A stretch of DNA of 64,000 nt from Spirochaetales bacterium (lineage in GTDB: Bacteria; Bacillota; Clostridia; Christensenellales; UBA1242): positions 75,264 through 139,263 of the forward strand of contig JBFXFT010000003.1 in assembly GCA_050178795.1 (NCBI GenBank), in the 5' to 3' direction. Shown here in pieces: positions 16,214-26,594 of the stretch. Both the position numbers and the translations under genes were made by a program. Each line of letters begins with the position of its first letter. Positions within the stretch are counted from its first letter, which is position 1. The notes under the pieces are model-generated. The model saw only the letters and a program-made list of their open reading frames with translations. It searched no databases and was not told the origin of the DNA.

Positions 16214-16651
16214 ATGAAATTAAAACAATTATCACCCATTAATATATTTAAAACCATATTTTTAAGCATGCTTTATTTATTTGGGCTTGCTTTTTTAATT
16301 TTTGCTTTTTATTTTGTTAAAAACTTGATTGGACTAGCAAATAATTTTGAATTTTCACTTTTGTTCATTGGGGGTATGTTTTTGAAGTCCATTGGTCTAA
16401 TGGTAAATTTACTTCTTGCATATAAGTTTTTTATTAAACTAATTATTAAAAATAAAGGCGTAATAAAAGCAAAAAATCCTACACTTGTCTTTCTTGGACT
16501 ATTAATAGCCAATATAATTTTGAACGATGTAATAATATCGCTTTGCACAATAAACTTTAGCCTAAGTCTAACCATAGCTAATATTATTGCCTTTGTGCTA
16601 CTGTATGTTTTAAATAAACTTGTAAAAGGACGTTTGACAAAAAAGTCTTAG
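16214..16651 (+). CDS. small integral membrane protein, unknown function
   Basis: 145 aa with about 4 hydrophobic helices, followed by a strong terminator. Confidence 0.6.
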   Translation: MKLKQLSPINIFKTIFLSMLYLFGLAFLIFAFYFVKNLIGLANNFEFSLLFIGGMFLKSIGLMVNLLLAYKFFIKLIIKNKGVIKAKNPTLVFLGLLIANIILNDVIISLCTINFSLSLTIANIIAFVLLYVLNKLVKGRLTKKS

Positions 16652-16664
16652 AATTAATATTGAT

Positions 16665-16697
16665 AAAAAACAACCGATATAAACTCGGTTGTTTTTT
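16665..16697. terminator. rho-independent terminator
   Basis: aacaaccg-atataaact-cggttgtt followed by tttttt. Confidence 0.7.
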
Positions 16698-16706
16698 ATT
16701 TTAAAT

Positions 16707-16753
16707 TGGTGTTCCCAGTAGGAATTGAACCTACAACTAGCCCTTAGGAGGGG
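16707..16753 (-). pseudogene. truncated copy of tRNA-Arg(CCU): 3' 47 nt only (anticodon stem to CCA)
   Basis: 47/47 identical to 16845-16891. With the 3' flank, the direct repeat is 62 nt (16692-16753 versus 16830-16891, 1 mismatch). No matching 5' half follows. Confidence 0.6.
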
Positions 16754-16844
16754 TCTTGATTTATGCGGAGCATAAATTTGTTTAGCCATAGCGAAAGCGA
16801 ACGCCAACAAGCCCCAAGCACATTAAATATTTTTTATTTTTAAT

Positions 16845-16919
16845 TGGTGTTCCCAGTAGGAATTGAACCTACAACTAGCCCTTAGGAGGGGCTTGTTATA
16901 TCCGTTTAACTATAGGAAC
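16845..16919 (-). tRNA. tRNA-Arg (anticodon CCU)
   Basis: Manual cloverleaf: GTTCCTA TA GTTA AACGGATA TAAC A AGCCC CTCCTAA GGGCT AGTT GTAGG TTCAATT CCTAC TGGGAAC A CCA. It is 75 nt with an encoded CCA. Confidence 0.9.
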
Positions 16920-16935
16920 ATAAAGTTTCTTTTGT

Positions 16936-16964
16936 ATTATAGCAAACATTATTTGTTTTTTCAA
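16936..16964 (-). promoter_or_regulatory. sigma70 consensus-like promoter of tRNA-Arg
   Basis: On the minus strand it reads TTGAAA-17 nt-TATAAT. The -10 ends about 16 nt before the tRNA 5' end. Confidence 0.6.
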
Positions 16965-17092
16965 TAAATTTAGACAAATATGTTTTAGTATATTTGTTTT
17001 TTGCCTTTTTATTTTATTATAGATAAATTTGTTATATTTTTGGATAGCATTATGATAAAATTAATTAACTATTAAAACTTTGAGGAAGATAT

Positions 17093-18019
17093 ATGAAAGA
17101 CAAAATTAGAATTGGCATTGTAGGTTTGGGTCATATCGCAGACGCACACATACAGGGACTAAAAAACAACAGCGATAAATATGAAATTTATGCTACTTGC
17201 GACAGCATGGCAGACAGAAAAAGTATAGCGGACGAATTAGGGTGCATATTTTATAACGACTATAAAAAGTTAGCAAAAGATAAAAACATAGACATCATTT
17301 TAATTTTAACCCCACCAACAACACACTACGAAATAGCACTTGAAATGTTACAAAACAAAAAGCACACAATTATTGAAAAACCAGGAGTTGTAGACATAAA
17401 CCACTTATATCATTTGATTGAAGTGGCAAAAGAAAATGGCGTTACGGTTGATGTTATTTTTCACTGGTGTTTTGGAAGTGAAGTTCTTTATTTAAAAGAC
17501 CACTTTAAAGAATATGGCAAACTACTTAGAGTAGAGAGTAATGTATTTGACCCATACACGGATAAAAACGGTCAAATAAAAGATGAAAGAGTTGACCTAA
17601 ACGGTGCTTGGAATGATAGTGGTATAAATGTTTTATCTATGTTATCTAATTTTTTAGACATAAAAAAAATAAAACTAGACAACGAAAGAATAGAGTATGA
17701 CCCCATATATGAACTACCTGTTTATGCAAGTAAAAAATATTTATATGAAGATGTTGAAATTTTAATATCGGCAGATTGGCGCCAAAACAGAAATCACAAA
17801 TACACCAACTTCTTTTTTGAAAACGGCACTTTATTTGTGCATCACACGGCACAAGACATTTGGTTCAATGCCAAAAGAGTTGCCACATTTTATAGCGAAA
17901 ATCGTCTCAATAGCCACTACACAAACCTATTTAGAATATATGACTTAAAGACGACAGAACATGAAAATACAATACTTTTACATAAACTATTACTTCAAAC
18001 ACTTAAAAAGAAAATGTAA
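17093..18019 (+). CDS. Gfo/Idh/MocA-family NAD(P)-dependent oxidoreductase
   Basis: N-terminal Rossmann IRIGIVGLGHIADAH and the EKP motif IIEKPG. Confidence 0.75.
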   Translation: MKDKIRIGIVGLGHIADAHIQGLKNNSDKYEIYATCDSMADRKSIADELGCIFYNDYKKLAKDKNIDIILILTPPTTHYEIALEMLQNKKHTIIEKPGVVDINHLYHLIEVAKENGVTVDVIFHWCFGSEVLYLKDHFKEYGKLLRVESNVFDPYTDKNGQIKDERVDLNGAWNDSGINVLSMLSNFLDIKKIKLDNERIEYDPIYELPVYASKKYLYEDVEILISADWRQNRNHKYTNFFFENGTLFVHHTAQDIWFNAKRVATFYSENRLNSHYTNLFRIYDLKTTEHENTILLHKLLLQTLKKKM

Positions 18020-18020
18020 C

Positions 18021-18050
18021 AAAAAAGCAAGTTTAAAACTTGCTTTTTTT
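18021..18050. terminator. bidirectional terminator
   Basis: agcaagt-ttaaa-acttgct flanked by an A-run and a T-run, between convergent genes. Confidence 0.65.
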
Positions 18051-18828
18051 ATAATTCTTTTTCTTGTTGTGGTGCAAAATTAAAATAGTCTGCGTCGTGC
18101 AATCTTTCAACTAAATTGTTGTCCGTATCGGTGTAACTAAGCAATCTGCCCGAATTTAATAATAGCATACTCATATAGCCACCCCTATTGTCAAAAAATG
18201 GATGATTAATTATTTGTTGCAAATATGGGTCGGTAATCTTCTCGCCATTTTCAATTATAAATACAGTGAAGGGTCTTTGATATTTTGGGTTTTTGTAGCC
18301 ACCAATTATGCTTTTTATGTCGCCAAAGTCGACAAATTTAAAGTCCGAAGCACTAAATGCGTCCAAATTGCCCTCTTTATAAAACTCTATTTGTTTTTCT
18401 ATTTCTACAATATTTATATAATCGCTTCTAAAGCCTGCTTGCTGTACCATATTTAAATAAAGATAATTGGTTAAATGCATAATGTTAAAATATTTATAAA
18501 GAAATTGCCCCGATTTAAACTGTATGGCTTCGCTCGTCGTTGGCTTATATTCTGGATTTTTAAAACTCTCTTTCTTAGAAAAATATTCTTTAATGTTTGG
18601 GTTATAAATTGCAAACTTTTTAAAAACATTGTAATCTTTTTGTAGTTCCCTCGCGTCTAAAACCACAAGTCTTGTTCCTACATTATTGTTTTTAATGACT
18701 TGCCTTGCTTTTTCAATAAGATTTTGTTGCAAGGTGCTGTCAATATTTTCAACAATTTGGTATCTATTAGTCAAACTATTAACAATAACATCAATCTGTT
18801 GTTCCATATCCATAAAATATTCCCCCAT
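18049..18828 (-). CDS. hypothetical protein (no recognisable motifs)
   Basis: 259-aa ORF, soluble, with no signal peptide. I recognise no family. Confidence 0.65.
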   Translation of the reverse strand: MGEYFMDMEQQIDVIVNSLTNRYQIVENIDSTLQQNLIEKARQVIKNNNVGTRLVVLDARELQKDYNVFKKFAIYNPNIKEYFSKKESFKNPEYKPTTSEAIQFKSGQFLYKYFNIMHLTNYLYLNMVQQAGFRSDYINIVEIEKQIEFYKEGNLDAFSASDFKFVDFGDIKSIIGGYKNPKYQRPFTVFIIENGEKITDPYLQQIINHPFFDNRGGYMSMLLLNSGRLLSYTDTDNNLVERLHDADYFNFAPQQEKEL

Positions 18829-18932
18829 TCATTATTATTTTACTAAAAAACATATCTCTTTGTCAATATTCAATATAATTAAGATTTTTTTAATCAACAC
18901 TTGCGCAAAATTACTATTTTTTTGCCTATTTA

Positions 18933-18961
18933 TTGACAAGTAAACCTAAAAAGTTTATTAT
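18933..18961 (+). promoter_or_regulatory. sigma70-like promoter of leuS
   Basis: TTGACA-17 nt-TATTAT, about 35 nt upstream of the leuS ATG. Confidence 0.6.
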
Positions 18962-18996
18962 TTAGTTATTACAAATTGTATTGGAGAAAAAACATT

Positions 18997-21423
18997 ATGG
19001 ACTTTACTAAAATTGAAAAGAAGTGGCAAGAAAAATGGAAAAACGAAAGATTATATTCATTTGACACAAAGCATCTCGACAAGAAGTACTATGTTCTTGA
19101 GATGTTTTCATATCCTAGCGGAGCAAAATTGCACCTTGGACACTGGTGGAATTTTGGCTTAACCGATAGTTTTGCGCGCCTTAAAAGAATGCAAGGCTAC
19201 AATGTCTTTCACCCAATGGGGTTTGACAGTTTTGGTTTGCCTGCAGAAAACTATGCAATAAAAACAGGTATTCACCCAAAAGACTCTACCTACAAAAACA
19301 TAGCGGTTATGGAAGAGCAATTAAAAAATATGGGTGCAACTTTTGACTGGGACTACACGCTTAGAACAAGTGACCCAGAATATTATAAATGGACTCAATG
19401 GCTATTTTTGGAGTTATTTAAAAATGGTTTAGCCTATCAAAAATATGCGCCTGTAAACTGGTGCACCAGTTGTAACACTGTTCTAGCAAACGAACAAGTT
19501 ATAAACGGACACTGCGAAAGGTGCGACAGTGTGGTAATAAAGAAAAACCTTACACAATGGTTCTTTAAAATTACAGACTATGCAGAAGAATTATTGAGTG
19601 GTTTAAATAGAATTGACTGGCCTGAAAAGACAAAAGTTTTGCAAACAAATTGGATAGGCAAAAGCGTAGGCAGTGAAGTTGTATTTAAAACAGAAACAGG
19701 CAAAGAAATTAGGACTTTTACAAGTCGTATTGATACCCTATTTGGTGTTACTTGGGTGGTTTTAGCCCCAGAGCACGAAATGGTAAAAGGACTAACAAAA
19801 AAAGAGCACGCTAAAGCGGTAGAAGCCTATATAATTGAGGCGAGCAAAAAAGATGACATAGAGCGCCAAAGCACAACAGCAGAAAAAACTGGTGTGTTTA
19901 CAGGCAGTTATGTAATAAACCCTATAAATAACGAAAAAGTGCCAGTATACGTTGCCGATTATGTATTGAATAGTTATGGCACAGGAGCGGTTATGGGTGT
20001 TGCAGCACATGACACAAGAGACTATGACTTTGCAGTAAAATATAATATTCCTATTAAAAGGGTAATAAAAGGCGAAAACGGAAACGATGATTTGCCATTT
20101 ACCGAATACGGTATTTTGGTAAACAGTGGTGAATTTAACGGTTTAACAAGTGAAGATGCAAGGCAAGCAATAACTAAAAAACTTGAAAACAAAAATTTGG
20201 GAAACTTGAAAACAAATTACAGATTAAGGGATTGGTCTGTAAGTCGTCAACGCTATTGGGGCTGTCCTATTCCAATTATACATTGCCCTAAATGTGGAGC
20301 AGTTGCAGTGCCAGAAAAAGATTTACCAGTTATGCTTCCTTACGATGTTGACTGGAGCCCAACAGGCAGAAGCCCACTAAGCAAAAATGATGAGTATATG
20401 CATACAACTTGTCCTAAATGTGGTGGAGAGGCTCACAGAGACCCAGACACACTTGACACATTTACTTGCAGTAGTTGGTACTATTTGCGCTACCCTAACG
20501 CAAGAAACAACAAAGTTGCCTTTGATAAAGAATTTACAAACAAACTTTTACCAGTAGACAAATATGTTGGCGGTGTAGAGCACGCAACAGGGCACCTACT
20601 TTATTCAAGGTTTATAACAAAGTTCTTGCACGACAAAGGATATTTGAATTTTGATGAGCCATTTACAAGTCTAGTGCATCAAGGCGTTATTTTGGGACCA
20701 GACGGCAACAAAATGAGTAAGAGTAAAGGTAACACAGTTAGCCCAGACGAATACATAAAAGAATATGGCTCTGACGCACTACGTCTTTACCTTATGTTTG
20801 GCTTTAACTACATAGATGGCGGTCCTTGGACGCACGACGGAATAAAGGCAATAAGCAAATTTATGGATAGAGTTGAAAGAATTGTAGACATAGTAAAAGA
20901 CCTAAACAACAATGTTTCAACCTTTGGCTCTGACGAAAAAGAACTAGACTATGTAAGAAACAACACAATAAATGAAGTAAATAAAAACTTTGAAAACTTT
21001 GGTTTTAATACAAGCGTTGCAAGAATTATGGAACTAGTAAACGCTATGTATAACTACAACAAGGGCGAAGACTTAAATGCAAAATTCTTTAAAGAAGTTA
21101 CACTTGATTTAATTAGATTACTTGCGCCTTGTGCCCCACACTTCAGTGAAGAGTTGTGGCAAATAATGGGTAATAAAGAGAGCGTATTTAAAGAAAAATA
21201 CCCAACAGCAGACGAAAGTAAACTTATTAGAAACGAAGTTGAAATTGTTATTCAAATAAATTCTAAAATTATTGAAAAACAAGTACTTGCAAGCGACTTA
21301 GAGGACAGTGAAGTAGAAAAATTAGCCCTACAAAATGAAAGAGTATTGGAAAAGTTGCAAGGCAGAAAGCCTATAAAAGTAGTCGTAATAAAAAACAGGC
21401 TAATAAACTTAATTGTTAAATAA
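18997..21423 (+). CDS. leuS: leucyl-tRNA synthetase
   Basis: HLGH (HIGH) motif, KMSKSKGN (KMSKS) motif and the CP1 editing region. The ATG at 18997 is preceded by GGAG, whereas the ORF track starts at an upstream TTG. Confidence 0.97.
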   Translation: MDFTKIEKKWQEKWKNERLYSFDTKHLDKKYYVLEMFSYPSGAKLHLGHWWNFGLTDSFARLKRMQGYNVFHPMGFDSFGLPAENYAIKTGIHPKDSTYKNIAVMEEQLKNMGATFDWDYTLRTSDPEYYKWTQWLFLELFKNGLAYQKYAPVNWCTSCNTVLANEQVINGHCERCDSVVIKKNLTQWFFKITDYAEELLSGLNRIDWPEKTKVLQTNWIGKSVGSEVVFKTETGKEIRTFTSRIDTLFGVTWVVLAPEHEMVKGLTKKEHAKAVEAYIIEASKKDDIERQSTTAEKTGVFTGSYVINPINNEKVPVYVADYVLNSYGTGAVMGVAAHDTRDYDFAVKYNIPIKRVIKGENGNDDLPFTEYGILVNSGEFNGLTSEDARQAITKKLENKNLGNLKTNYRLRDWSVSRQRYWGCPIPIIHCPKCGAVAVPEKDLPVMLPYDVDWSPTGRSPLSKNDEYMHTTCPKCGGEAHRDPDTLDTFTCSSWYYLRYPNARNNKVAFDKEFTNKLLPVDKYVGGVEHATGHLLYSRFITKFLHDKGYLNFDEPFTSLVHQGVILGPDGNKMSKSKGNTVSPDEYIKEYGSDALRLYLMFGFNYIDGGPWTHDGIKAISKFMDRVERIVDIVKDLNNNVSTFGSDEKELDYVRNNTINEVNKNFENFGFNTSVARIMELVNAMYNYNKGEDLNAKFFKEVTLDLIRLLAPCAPHFSEELWQIMGNKESVFKEKYPTADESKLIRNEVEIVIQINSKIIEKQVLASDLEDSEVEKLALQNERVLEKLQGRKPIKVVVIKNRLINLIVK

Positions 21424-21430
21424 CAAGCAT

Positions 21431-21459
21431 AAAAAAAGAGAGTTCAAACTCTCTTTTTT
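21431..21459. terminator. bidirectional terminator
   Basis: aagagag-ttcaaa-ctctctt with flanking A and T runs. Confidence 0.7.
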
Positions 21460-21471
21460 ATTGATATTTTT

Positions 21472-23052
21472 TTAATCTAGTGTGTTTTCATTTGTCAACA
21501 CATTAATTTTTCCAGTCGTAGATTGAACGCTTAAAGTATTGTCTACATATAGGTTAGCACTTCCACCACTTAAAATTTGAACTGTGTATCCATAAGTCAT
21601 AGATGCAGGTGCAGTTGTATTTACCTCGTGATCTATAAGGTCGCTTGATTGCCAAGAAGTTTTATAAGCACTTCCAACTTGAATGTTGACATCTCCACTT
21701 TGAGTGTAAACATTTAAAGTGTGCTCGTCAATAGGTACTCTAACAATCGATTCTCTTCTTCCACAAACTATTGTGTTGTGTCCGTTAATAACTAAGAAGT
21801 CAGCAATGATTTGTGCTGTACTGCTCTCTGCAACTGCTAGACTTGTCAATGTTCTCAAATTTGTAGCGGTAATGTTGCCCTCTGTTGTTGTAACCTCTAA
21901 AGTTTTAAATGAATCTGCTTGTTCTATGTTCTTTAACAAATTAGCATCAAGTGCATAGTTTACTATTACATCGCCATAAGTTGTTTGAATGTATGTATCA
22001 TAGTAAGCGTTTAAAACTGTTATGCTGCCCCTATCTGCCTCTGCGTGAAGTTCATAGTAACAGTCGCCAATTTCTATGTTTCCGTTATCCGAATTTATGC
22101 TTGCTTGATATAGACTGCTTTCTGCCTCGCCTATGCTGTTAATTGTTATGGTATTGTAACCGCTTGTTATGGTTACGTTTTTCATTACTTTATCTATTGT
22201 CGCTTCGCCGTTTACTGTGGTAATTGTAAGTCCGCCATCAATTGTTCCTGTATATAATAGACCATTATCGGCATACACACTTACATCGCCTGCAACATCG
22301 CCAACTTTGACTGCTGGATTGTCACCTAAAATATTTAAATCTCCGCCTACATTGTAGAAATAAGTTTGTGCATCATTTGCAAAATTAAAACTGCCAATTT
22401 CGCTATCTATTACAACATTACCTGCAACATTGCCAAAAATGTTTGTAATTCCAGCACCATTTGTTATTGATAGAGTGCTAGCGCTATTCATTGTAAAGTT
22501 TTGAATTGCCATAGCTGCTTTTCCGTTTGTAATCGTTATATCATTTGTTTCTAAAACTGTGCCAGCAGTACCTAGGGTTACTGAACCACCATGGCTATTA
22601 ACTATAATTTCCTTTTCGCTAGAAATATTAGGAAAGCCAACTCTTAAAGAAGCGTCTGTATATAAAATTAGTCCGCTGGTTGGTTCAACTGTTGAAATGT
22701 GTATTGTTTTTGTTACACTATCATAATTGATGGCATAACTAAATTCTGTTTCGCCAGAATTAGCAAAGCCAACGGCGTTATTGGTAAAGGTCACTTGCAC
22801 TTGACCAAGGTCGTCCTCTTGAGGGAAAACCTCAACATTGAACTTGTAGGTATCTACCTCTATTATTTCATACTCAGATAAGTGCTCGGTGTAATTGTCG
22901 TAAAACTCCGTTCCGCTACCTGAAATAAAATAAAATCCAAAGATTTGGCTATTTGGCACCAAATACAAATATGACGCCGAAACAAGACCTGCAACAATTG
23001 CCAGTCCTAACAGTATTATCATATATGAAATTATTTTTTTTGCTAAATCCAT
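21472..23052 (-). CDS. membrane-anchored beta-helical repeat protein (DUF4097/putative-adhesin-like)
   Basis: An N-terminal TM is followed by about 500 aa of repetitive G-x-(V/I)-x-(I/V) strand-turn units (GDVAGDVSVYADNG, GNVAGNVVIDSEIG, and so on). Confidence 0.7.
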   Translation of the reverse strand: MDLAKKIISYMIILLGLAIVAGLVSASYLYLVPNSQIFGFYFISGSGTEFYDNYTEHLSEYEIIEVDTYKFNVEVFPQEDDLGQVQVTFTNNAVGFANSGETEFSYAINYDSVTKTIHISTVEPTSGLILYTDASLRVGFPNISSEKEIIVNSHGGSVTLGTAGTVLETNDITITNGKAAMAIQNFTMNSASTLSITNGAGITNIFGNVAGNVVIDSEIGSFNFANDAQTYFYNVGGDLNILGDNPAVKVGDVAGDVSVYADNGLLYTGTIDGGLTITTVNGEATIDKVMKNVTITSGYNTITINSIGEAESSLYQASINSDNGNIEIGDCYYELHAEADRGSITVLNAYYDTYIQTTYGDVIVNYALDANLLKNIEQADSFKTLEVTTTEGNITATNLRTLTSLAVAESSTAQIIADFLVINGHNTIVCGRRESIVRVPIDEHTLNVYTQSGDVNIQVGSAYKTSWQSSDLIDHEVNTTAPASMTYGYTVQILSGGSANLYVDNTLSVQSTTGKINVLTNENTLD

Positions 23053-23132
23053 TATCAACACCTACCTTTACTTTATATTAATATTATATAACGTATTTTT
23101 AATTTTTGCAATAACAATTAATTATTGACGCA

Positions 23133-24917
23133 TTATTCCAAAATTGCTTTTATGCGCCTTACGCCTGCTGATGAACTTTCTTCCTTAACTAGTTTGTAGG
23201 TTCCAAGTTCATTTGTGTTATTTACGTGCGGTCCGCCGCAGATTTCTTTACTAAAATTGCCTATCGTGTAAACGCTTACAATTTCACCATACTTTTCGCC
23301 AAAAGTACCACTTGCGCCAGACTTTCTTGCTTCATCTAGGCTCATTTCTTCTCTAACTACTGGTATAGCCTCTTTAATTTTTTCGTTTACTATTTTTTCT
23401 AACTCTAACTTTTCTTCCTCTGTCATTTTGTGGTCAAGGTTAAAGTCAAAACGCATACGCTCGCTCGTTAAGTTTGCACCCTTTTGCACTATTTGCTCTC
23501 CAAACATTTGACGAAGAGCTGCCAAAGTTAAGTGGGTTGCAGTGTGGTACCTAACAGTTTGTGTTTCCGTATCTGCTAGTCCACCTTTAAACACCTTGCC
23601 TGCCATTTCGCCACGGCTAACCTCTTGGTGTTTTGCATAAGCCTCGTTGTAACCATTGACATCAACGGTAAAACCATTTTCTTTTGCCATTTCAACCGTC
23701 AACTCTAATGGGAAGCCAAAAGTATCATAAAGTCTAAAAGCAGTTTTGCCAGGTAACACTTTACCATTTATGTGCTCTATTACTTTTTCAAACTCTTTAA
23801 TTCCAATTTCAATAGTCTTGTTGAAGCGTGCTATTTCCTCATTTAGTTCGGTCACTATAAAGTTTCTGTTTAATTCAAACTCTTTAAAGTCATCTTTATA
23901 AAAATCAATGTAATAATTTACAACTTGCTCTAAATATTTAGTGTCTAATTCAATATCTCTACTAAACCTAACGGCACGCCTTATAAGTCTTCTTAAAATG
24001 TAGCCACGACCAACGTTGCTTGGAGTAGTTGGTGTAACATCGCCTAAAATTACTGTCGCAGTTCTTAGGTGTTCCACAATTATTCTATATGCTTTTGTTG
24101 TATTTTTGCTTTCAGCATATTTTTTGCCAGCATATTTTTCTACAAGTGCAATTGCGTTCCTAAAAACGTCTAATTCATAAATGTTTTTAAAGCCATTTAT
24201 TGCCATTACGTCCCTTTCAAGCCCCATACCTCTGTCAACGTTCTTTTGAGATAGAGGTATTGGTTTATCTCCAGCGTTTTCAACATAATATTGCATAAAA
24301 ACGTTGTTGCCAATTTCAACATATTTGCCACAAGAACAAGATGGTCCGCAGGTTTCGCTACATTTTGCACCATCTTTTACATAAAACATTTCGGTATCTG
24401 GTCCGCATGGTCCTGTGTCTCCCATTGCCCACCAATTGTCTTCACGCCCTAAAAAGAAAATTTGGTCGTCTTTAAGTCCAAAACTCTTCCAAATTTTGTA
24501 ACTTTCTTCGTCTCTTGGCGCTGTTTCGTCACCTTCAAAAACGGTTACGGCAATTTTGTTGATAGGTAAGTGTAATACCTTTGTTAAAAAATCAAAACTA
24601 TCCTTTATTGCCTTTTCTTTAAAGTAGTCTCCTAAACTCCATGTGCCAAGCATTTCAAAAAATGTGCAGTGGGTATCGTCACCAATTGACTCTATGTCGT
24701 TAGTTCTTATGCAACGTTGAGAGTTTGTTAGTCTTGTACCCTTTTCGTGTACCTTGCCCATTAAATATGGTACAAGTGGGTGCATACCAGCAACGGTAAA
24801 AATTGCACCTTTGTCATCTGCTGGTACAACTGAGGCATTTTCAATTTCTGTATGCCCATTTTGTATGTTAAAAGCAATCCATGCTTTTTTAAATTCTTTT
24901 AATGTCATTTCTTTCAT
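23133..24917 (-). CDS. alaS: alanyl-tRNA synthetase, short form (594 aa, ends right after the editing domain)
   Basis: Class II motifs FTVAGMHP, RCIRTND...THCTFFEMLGTWSLGDYFK and GMGLERD. Editing-domain motifs HTATHL and CGGPHV are present. No C-Ala-like region follows. Confidence 0.9.
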   Translation of the reverse strand: MKEMTLKEFKKAWIAFNIQNGHTEIENASVVPADDKGAIFTVAGMHPLVPYLMGKVHEKGTRLTNSQRCIRTNDIESIGDDTHCTFFEMLGTWSLGDYFKEKAIKDSFDFLTKVLHLPINKIAVTVFEGDETAPRDEESYKIWKSFGLKDDQIFFLGREDNWWAMGDTGPCGPDTEMFYVKDGAKCSETCGPSCSCGKYVEIGNNVFMQYYVENAGDKPIPLSQKNVDRGMGLERDVMAINGFKNIYELDVFRNAIALVEKYAGKKYAESKNTTKAYRIIVEHLRTATVILGDVTPTTPSNVGRGYILRRLIRRAVRFSRDIELDTKYLEQVVNYYIDFYKDDFKEFELNRNFIVTELNEEIARFNKTIEIGIKEFEKVIEHINGKVLPGKTAFRLYDTFGFPLELTVEMAKENGFTVDVNGYNEAYAKHQEVSRGEMAGKVFKGGLADTETQTVRYHTATHLTLAALRQMFGEQIVQKGANLTSERMRFDFNLDHKMTEEEKLELEKIVNEKIKEAIPVVREEMSLDEARKSGASGTFGEKYGEIVSVYTIGNFSKEICGGPHVNNTNELGTYKLVKEESSSAGVRRIKAILE

Positions 24918-25003
24918 AAAAATATTCCCTTCATAACAGTTGTTAAATTATAACATATATGTTTTGTCATTATCAACATTTTAAAATTCAAAACTGAGTA
25001 ATT

Positions 25004-26443
25004 TTACTCTTGATTTAATTTACTTTCTCTCTTTAATACCCTTTTGTTTGCCTTATCTACGTGTTGCTTTTTTATTGAAAACTTAGAGTAGATAAAGAAC
25101 GCCCCCGCGAGTGAAAGACCTATGCCTAAAATAGATATTATACCAAGTCCATTTTGCACGCTTGTTGATTGAATATGTGCGTTTGAGTCAAATTTAATTA
25201 AGTCCAAAAGTACGCCAATAATTAAAAGCGCTATTGCATTTGCACTCTTGTAGGCTAGCGTCATAAAACCACTATAAGTTGCCGTGCTTTCTTTATTTGT
25301 CTTGGCTTTTTCAAGTGCCATAAGGTCGCCAAACATAGAGATTGGAAGCGAATAAAGCGCTCCAGTTCCAAAACCACTTACAAAGATTGCTATCATACAG
25401 GTTATAAGTTTTAATGTCTCTGGCATCATATCTCTAAACACAAATATTATTGCTATAAAAATTACTCCAGCAAAACTTGTTGCAATTCCAGCAAGTAAGG
25501 CGGGTTTCTTTTCGTATTTTTTACTTAGTTTAAGCCAAACAGGTTGAGAGGCTATTGTGCCGACAAATAGGGCTACCATAAGTAGTGTGATTTGCCATGT
25601 AGCAAACTTGAAACTATATGTAAATAAGTGCATACCTACACTTGTTAAAAATACTCCGCTTATCAAACTTACCGCATAACCACCTATTAGACTATTATAG
25701 TTTTTCCTCTTAAACGAATAAAAGAACATTTTAAAAATTTGTTTTGGCGTGCGCTCTTTATGCTCGCCCTTTTGAGTTGAAGTTTTATGAAGCCTTTTGA
25801 TTGACTTGTATGTGCCAATAAAACAAAGTAAACCAAACACTATTGCCATAGCGCTTGTAACGATGCTCATATTTATGTAACCTTGTTGGTTTAATTGACC
25901 TATAGGGTAAGCAGTTGTTGACTTTAAGAAAATTGACATAAGTAAAGATGGGAACAAGAAACCAAACAAGAAGAAAGTTGTTTTATAGGCTTGAATGCTC
26001 GTCCTTTCGTCATAATCGGTTGAAAGTTCTGTTCCAAGTGCCGTATATGGAGTTGCAAATAATGTATTAAAAGTTTCAAGTAGTACCATTGCAACTAGTA
26101 ACCACAAAAACTTGCTTATTTCAGGAAGTGATGACGGCACAATCCAAATGGCAAGATTTAATACTGCCATACCTATAAAGCCGGCTAAAATAAAGCCATG
26201 CCTTTTGCCTAGAAGTTTGCTCTTAGACCTGTCTGAAAAATAGCCGACTATTGGGTCGGTAACTGCGTCCCACATAACGCTTATTGCCACTGCGATTCCC
26301 ATTAAAGAACCGGAGACGCCAAGCACCGCCGTTCCAAAGAACATTATGAAATTATTATAAGTTTGAGAAACTACTCCATAGCCTAAGTTACCCATGCCAT
26401 AGAACAATTTTTCGCTTCGCTTTATTATAGTATTTTTACCCAT
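25004..26443 (-). CDS. MFS transporter, glycoside-pentoside-hexuronide:cation symporter family
   Basis: LFYGMGNLG ... DAVTDPIVGYFSDRS signature and about 12 TM segments. Confidence 0.85.
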   Translation of the reverse strand: MGKNTIIKRSEKLFYGMGNLGYGVVSQTYNNFIMFFGTAVLGVSGSLMGIAVAISVMWDAVTDPIVGYFSDRSKSKLLGKRHGFILAGFIGMAVLNLAIWIVPSSLPEISKFLWLLVAMVLLETFNTLFATPYTALGTELSTDYDERTSIQAYKTTFFLFGFLFPSLLMSIFLKSTTAYPIGQLNQQGYINMSIVTSAMAIVFGLLCFIGTYKSIKRLHKTSTQKGEHKERTPKQIFKMFFYSFKRKNYNSLIGGYAVSLISGVFLTSVGMHLFTYSFKFATWQITLLMVALFVGTIASQPVWLKLSKKYEKKPALLAGIATSFAGVIFIAIIFVFRDMMPETLKLITCMIAIFVSGFGTGALYSLPISMFGDLMALEKAKTNKESTATYSGFMTLAYKSANAIALLIIGVLLDLIKFDSNAHIQSTSVQNGLGIISILGIGLSLAGAFFIYSKFSIKKQHVDKANKRVLKRESKLNQE

Positions 26444-26545
26444 TTGTTCTCCAATATCAATTCATATTTATTGTAATTCAAAACGCCTCTTAAAGTCAAG
26501 TTATTGCACTAAATGGCTTTTTAAATATGACCGTTGTATTAAATA

Positions 26546-26575
26546 AAAAGCAAGCAAATTTTCGCTTGCTTTTTT
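26546..26575 (-). terminator. terminator after dnaB
   Basis: agcaagc-aaattttc-gcttgct with T-runs. Confidence 0.65.
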
Positions 26576-26594
26576 GTTATTAAAATGTCAATTT

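Noticed and set aside
16610-16810. 66-aa minus-strand ORF spanning the truncated tRNA copy
   Set aside because: It overlaps a terminator hairpin and the tRNA-derived repeat, and has no ribosome-binding site. The open frame is explained by the tRNA-like sequence.
16214-17092. Integrated mobile element at tRNA-Arg
   Set aside because: An att-like duplication is present (reported as a finding). However, no integrase, excisionase, transposase or phage-like gene is visible on either side within the window, so I do not call a mobile element.
18829-18996. Possible T-box or other leader upstream of leuS (likewise 24918-25003 upstream of alaS)
   Set aside because: The predicted -10 lies only about 35 nt from the leuS ATG, and the alaS upstream region is 86 bp. 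This is too short for a T-box (about 200 nt or more), and no specifier/T-box motif or terminator-antiterminator pair is visible.
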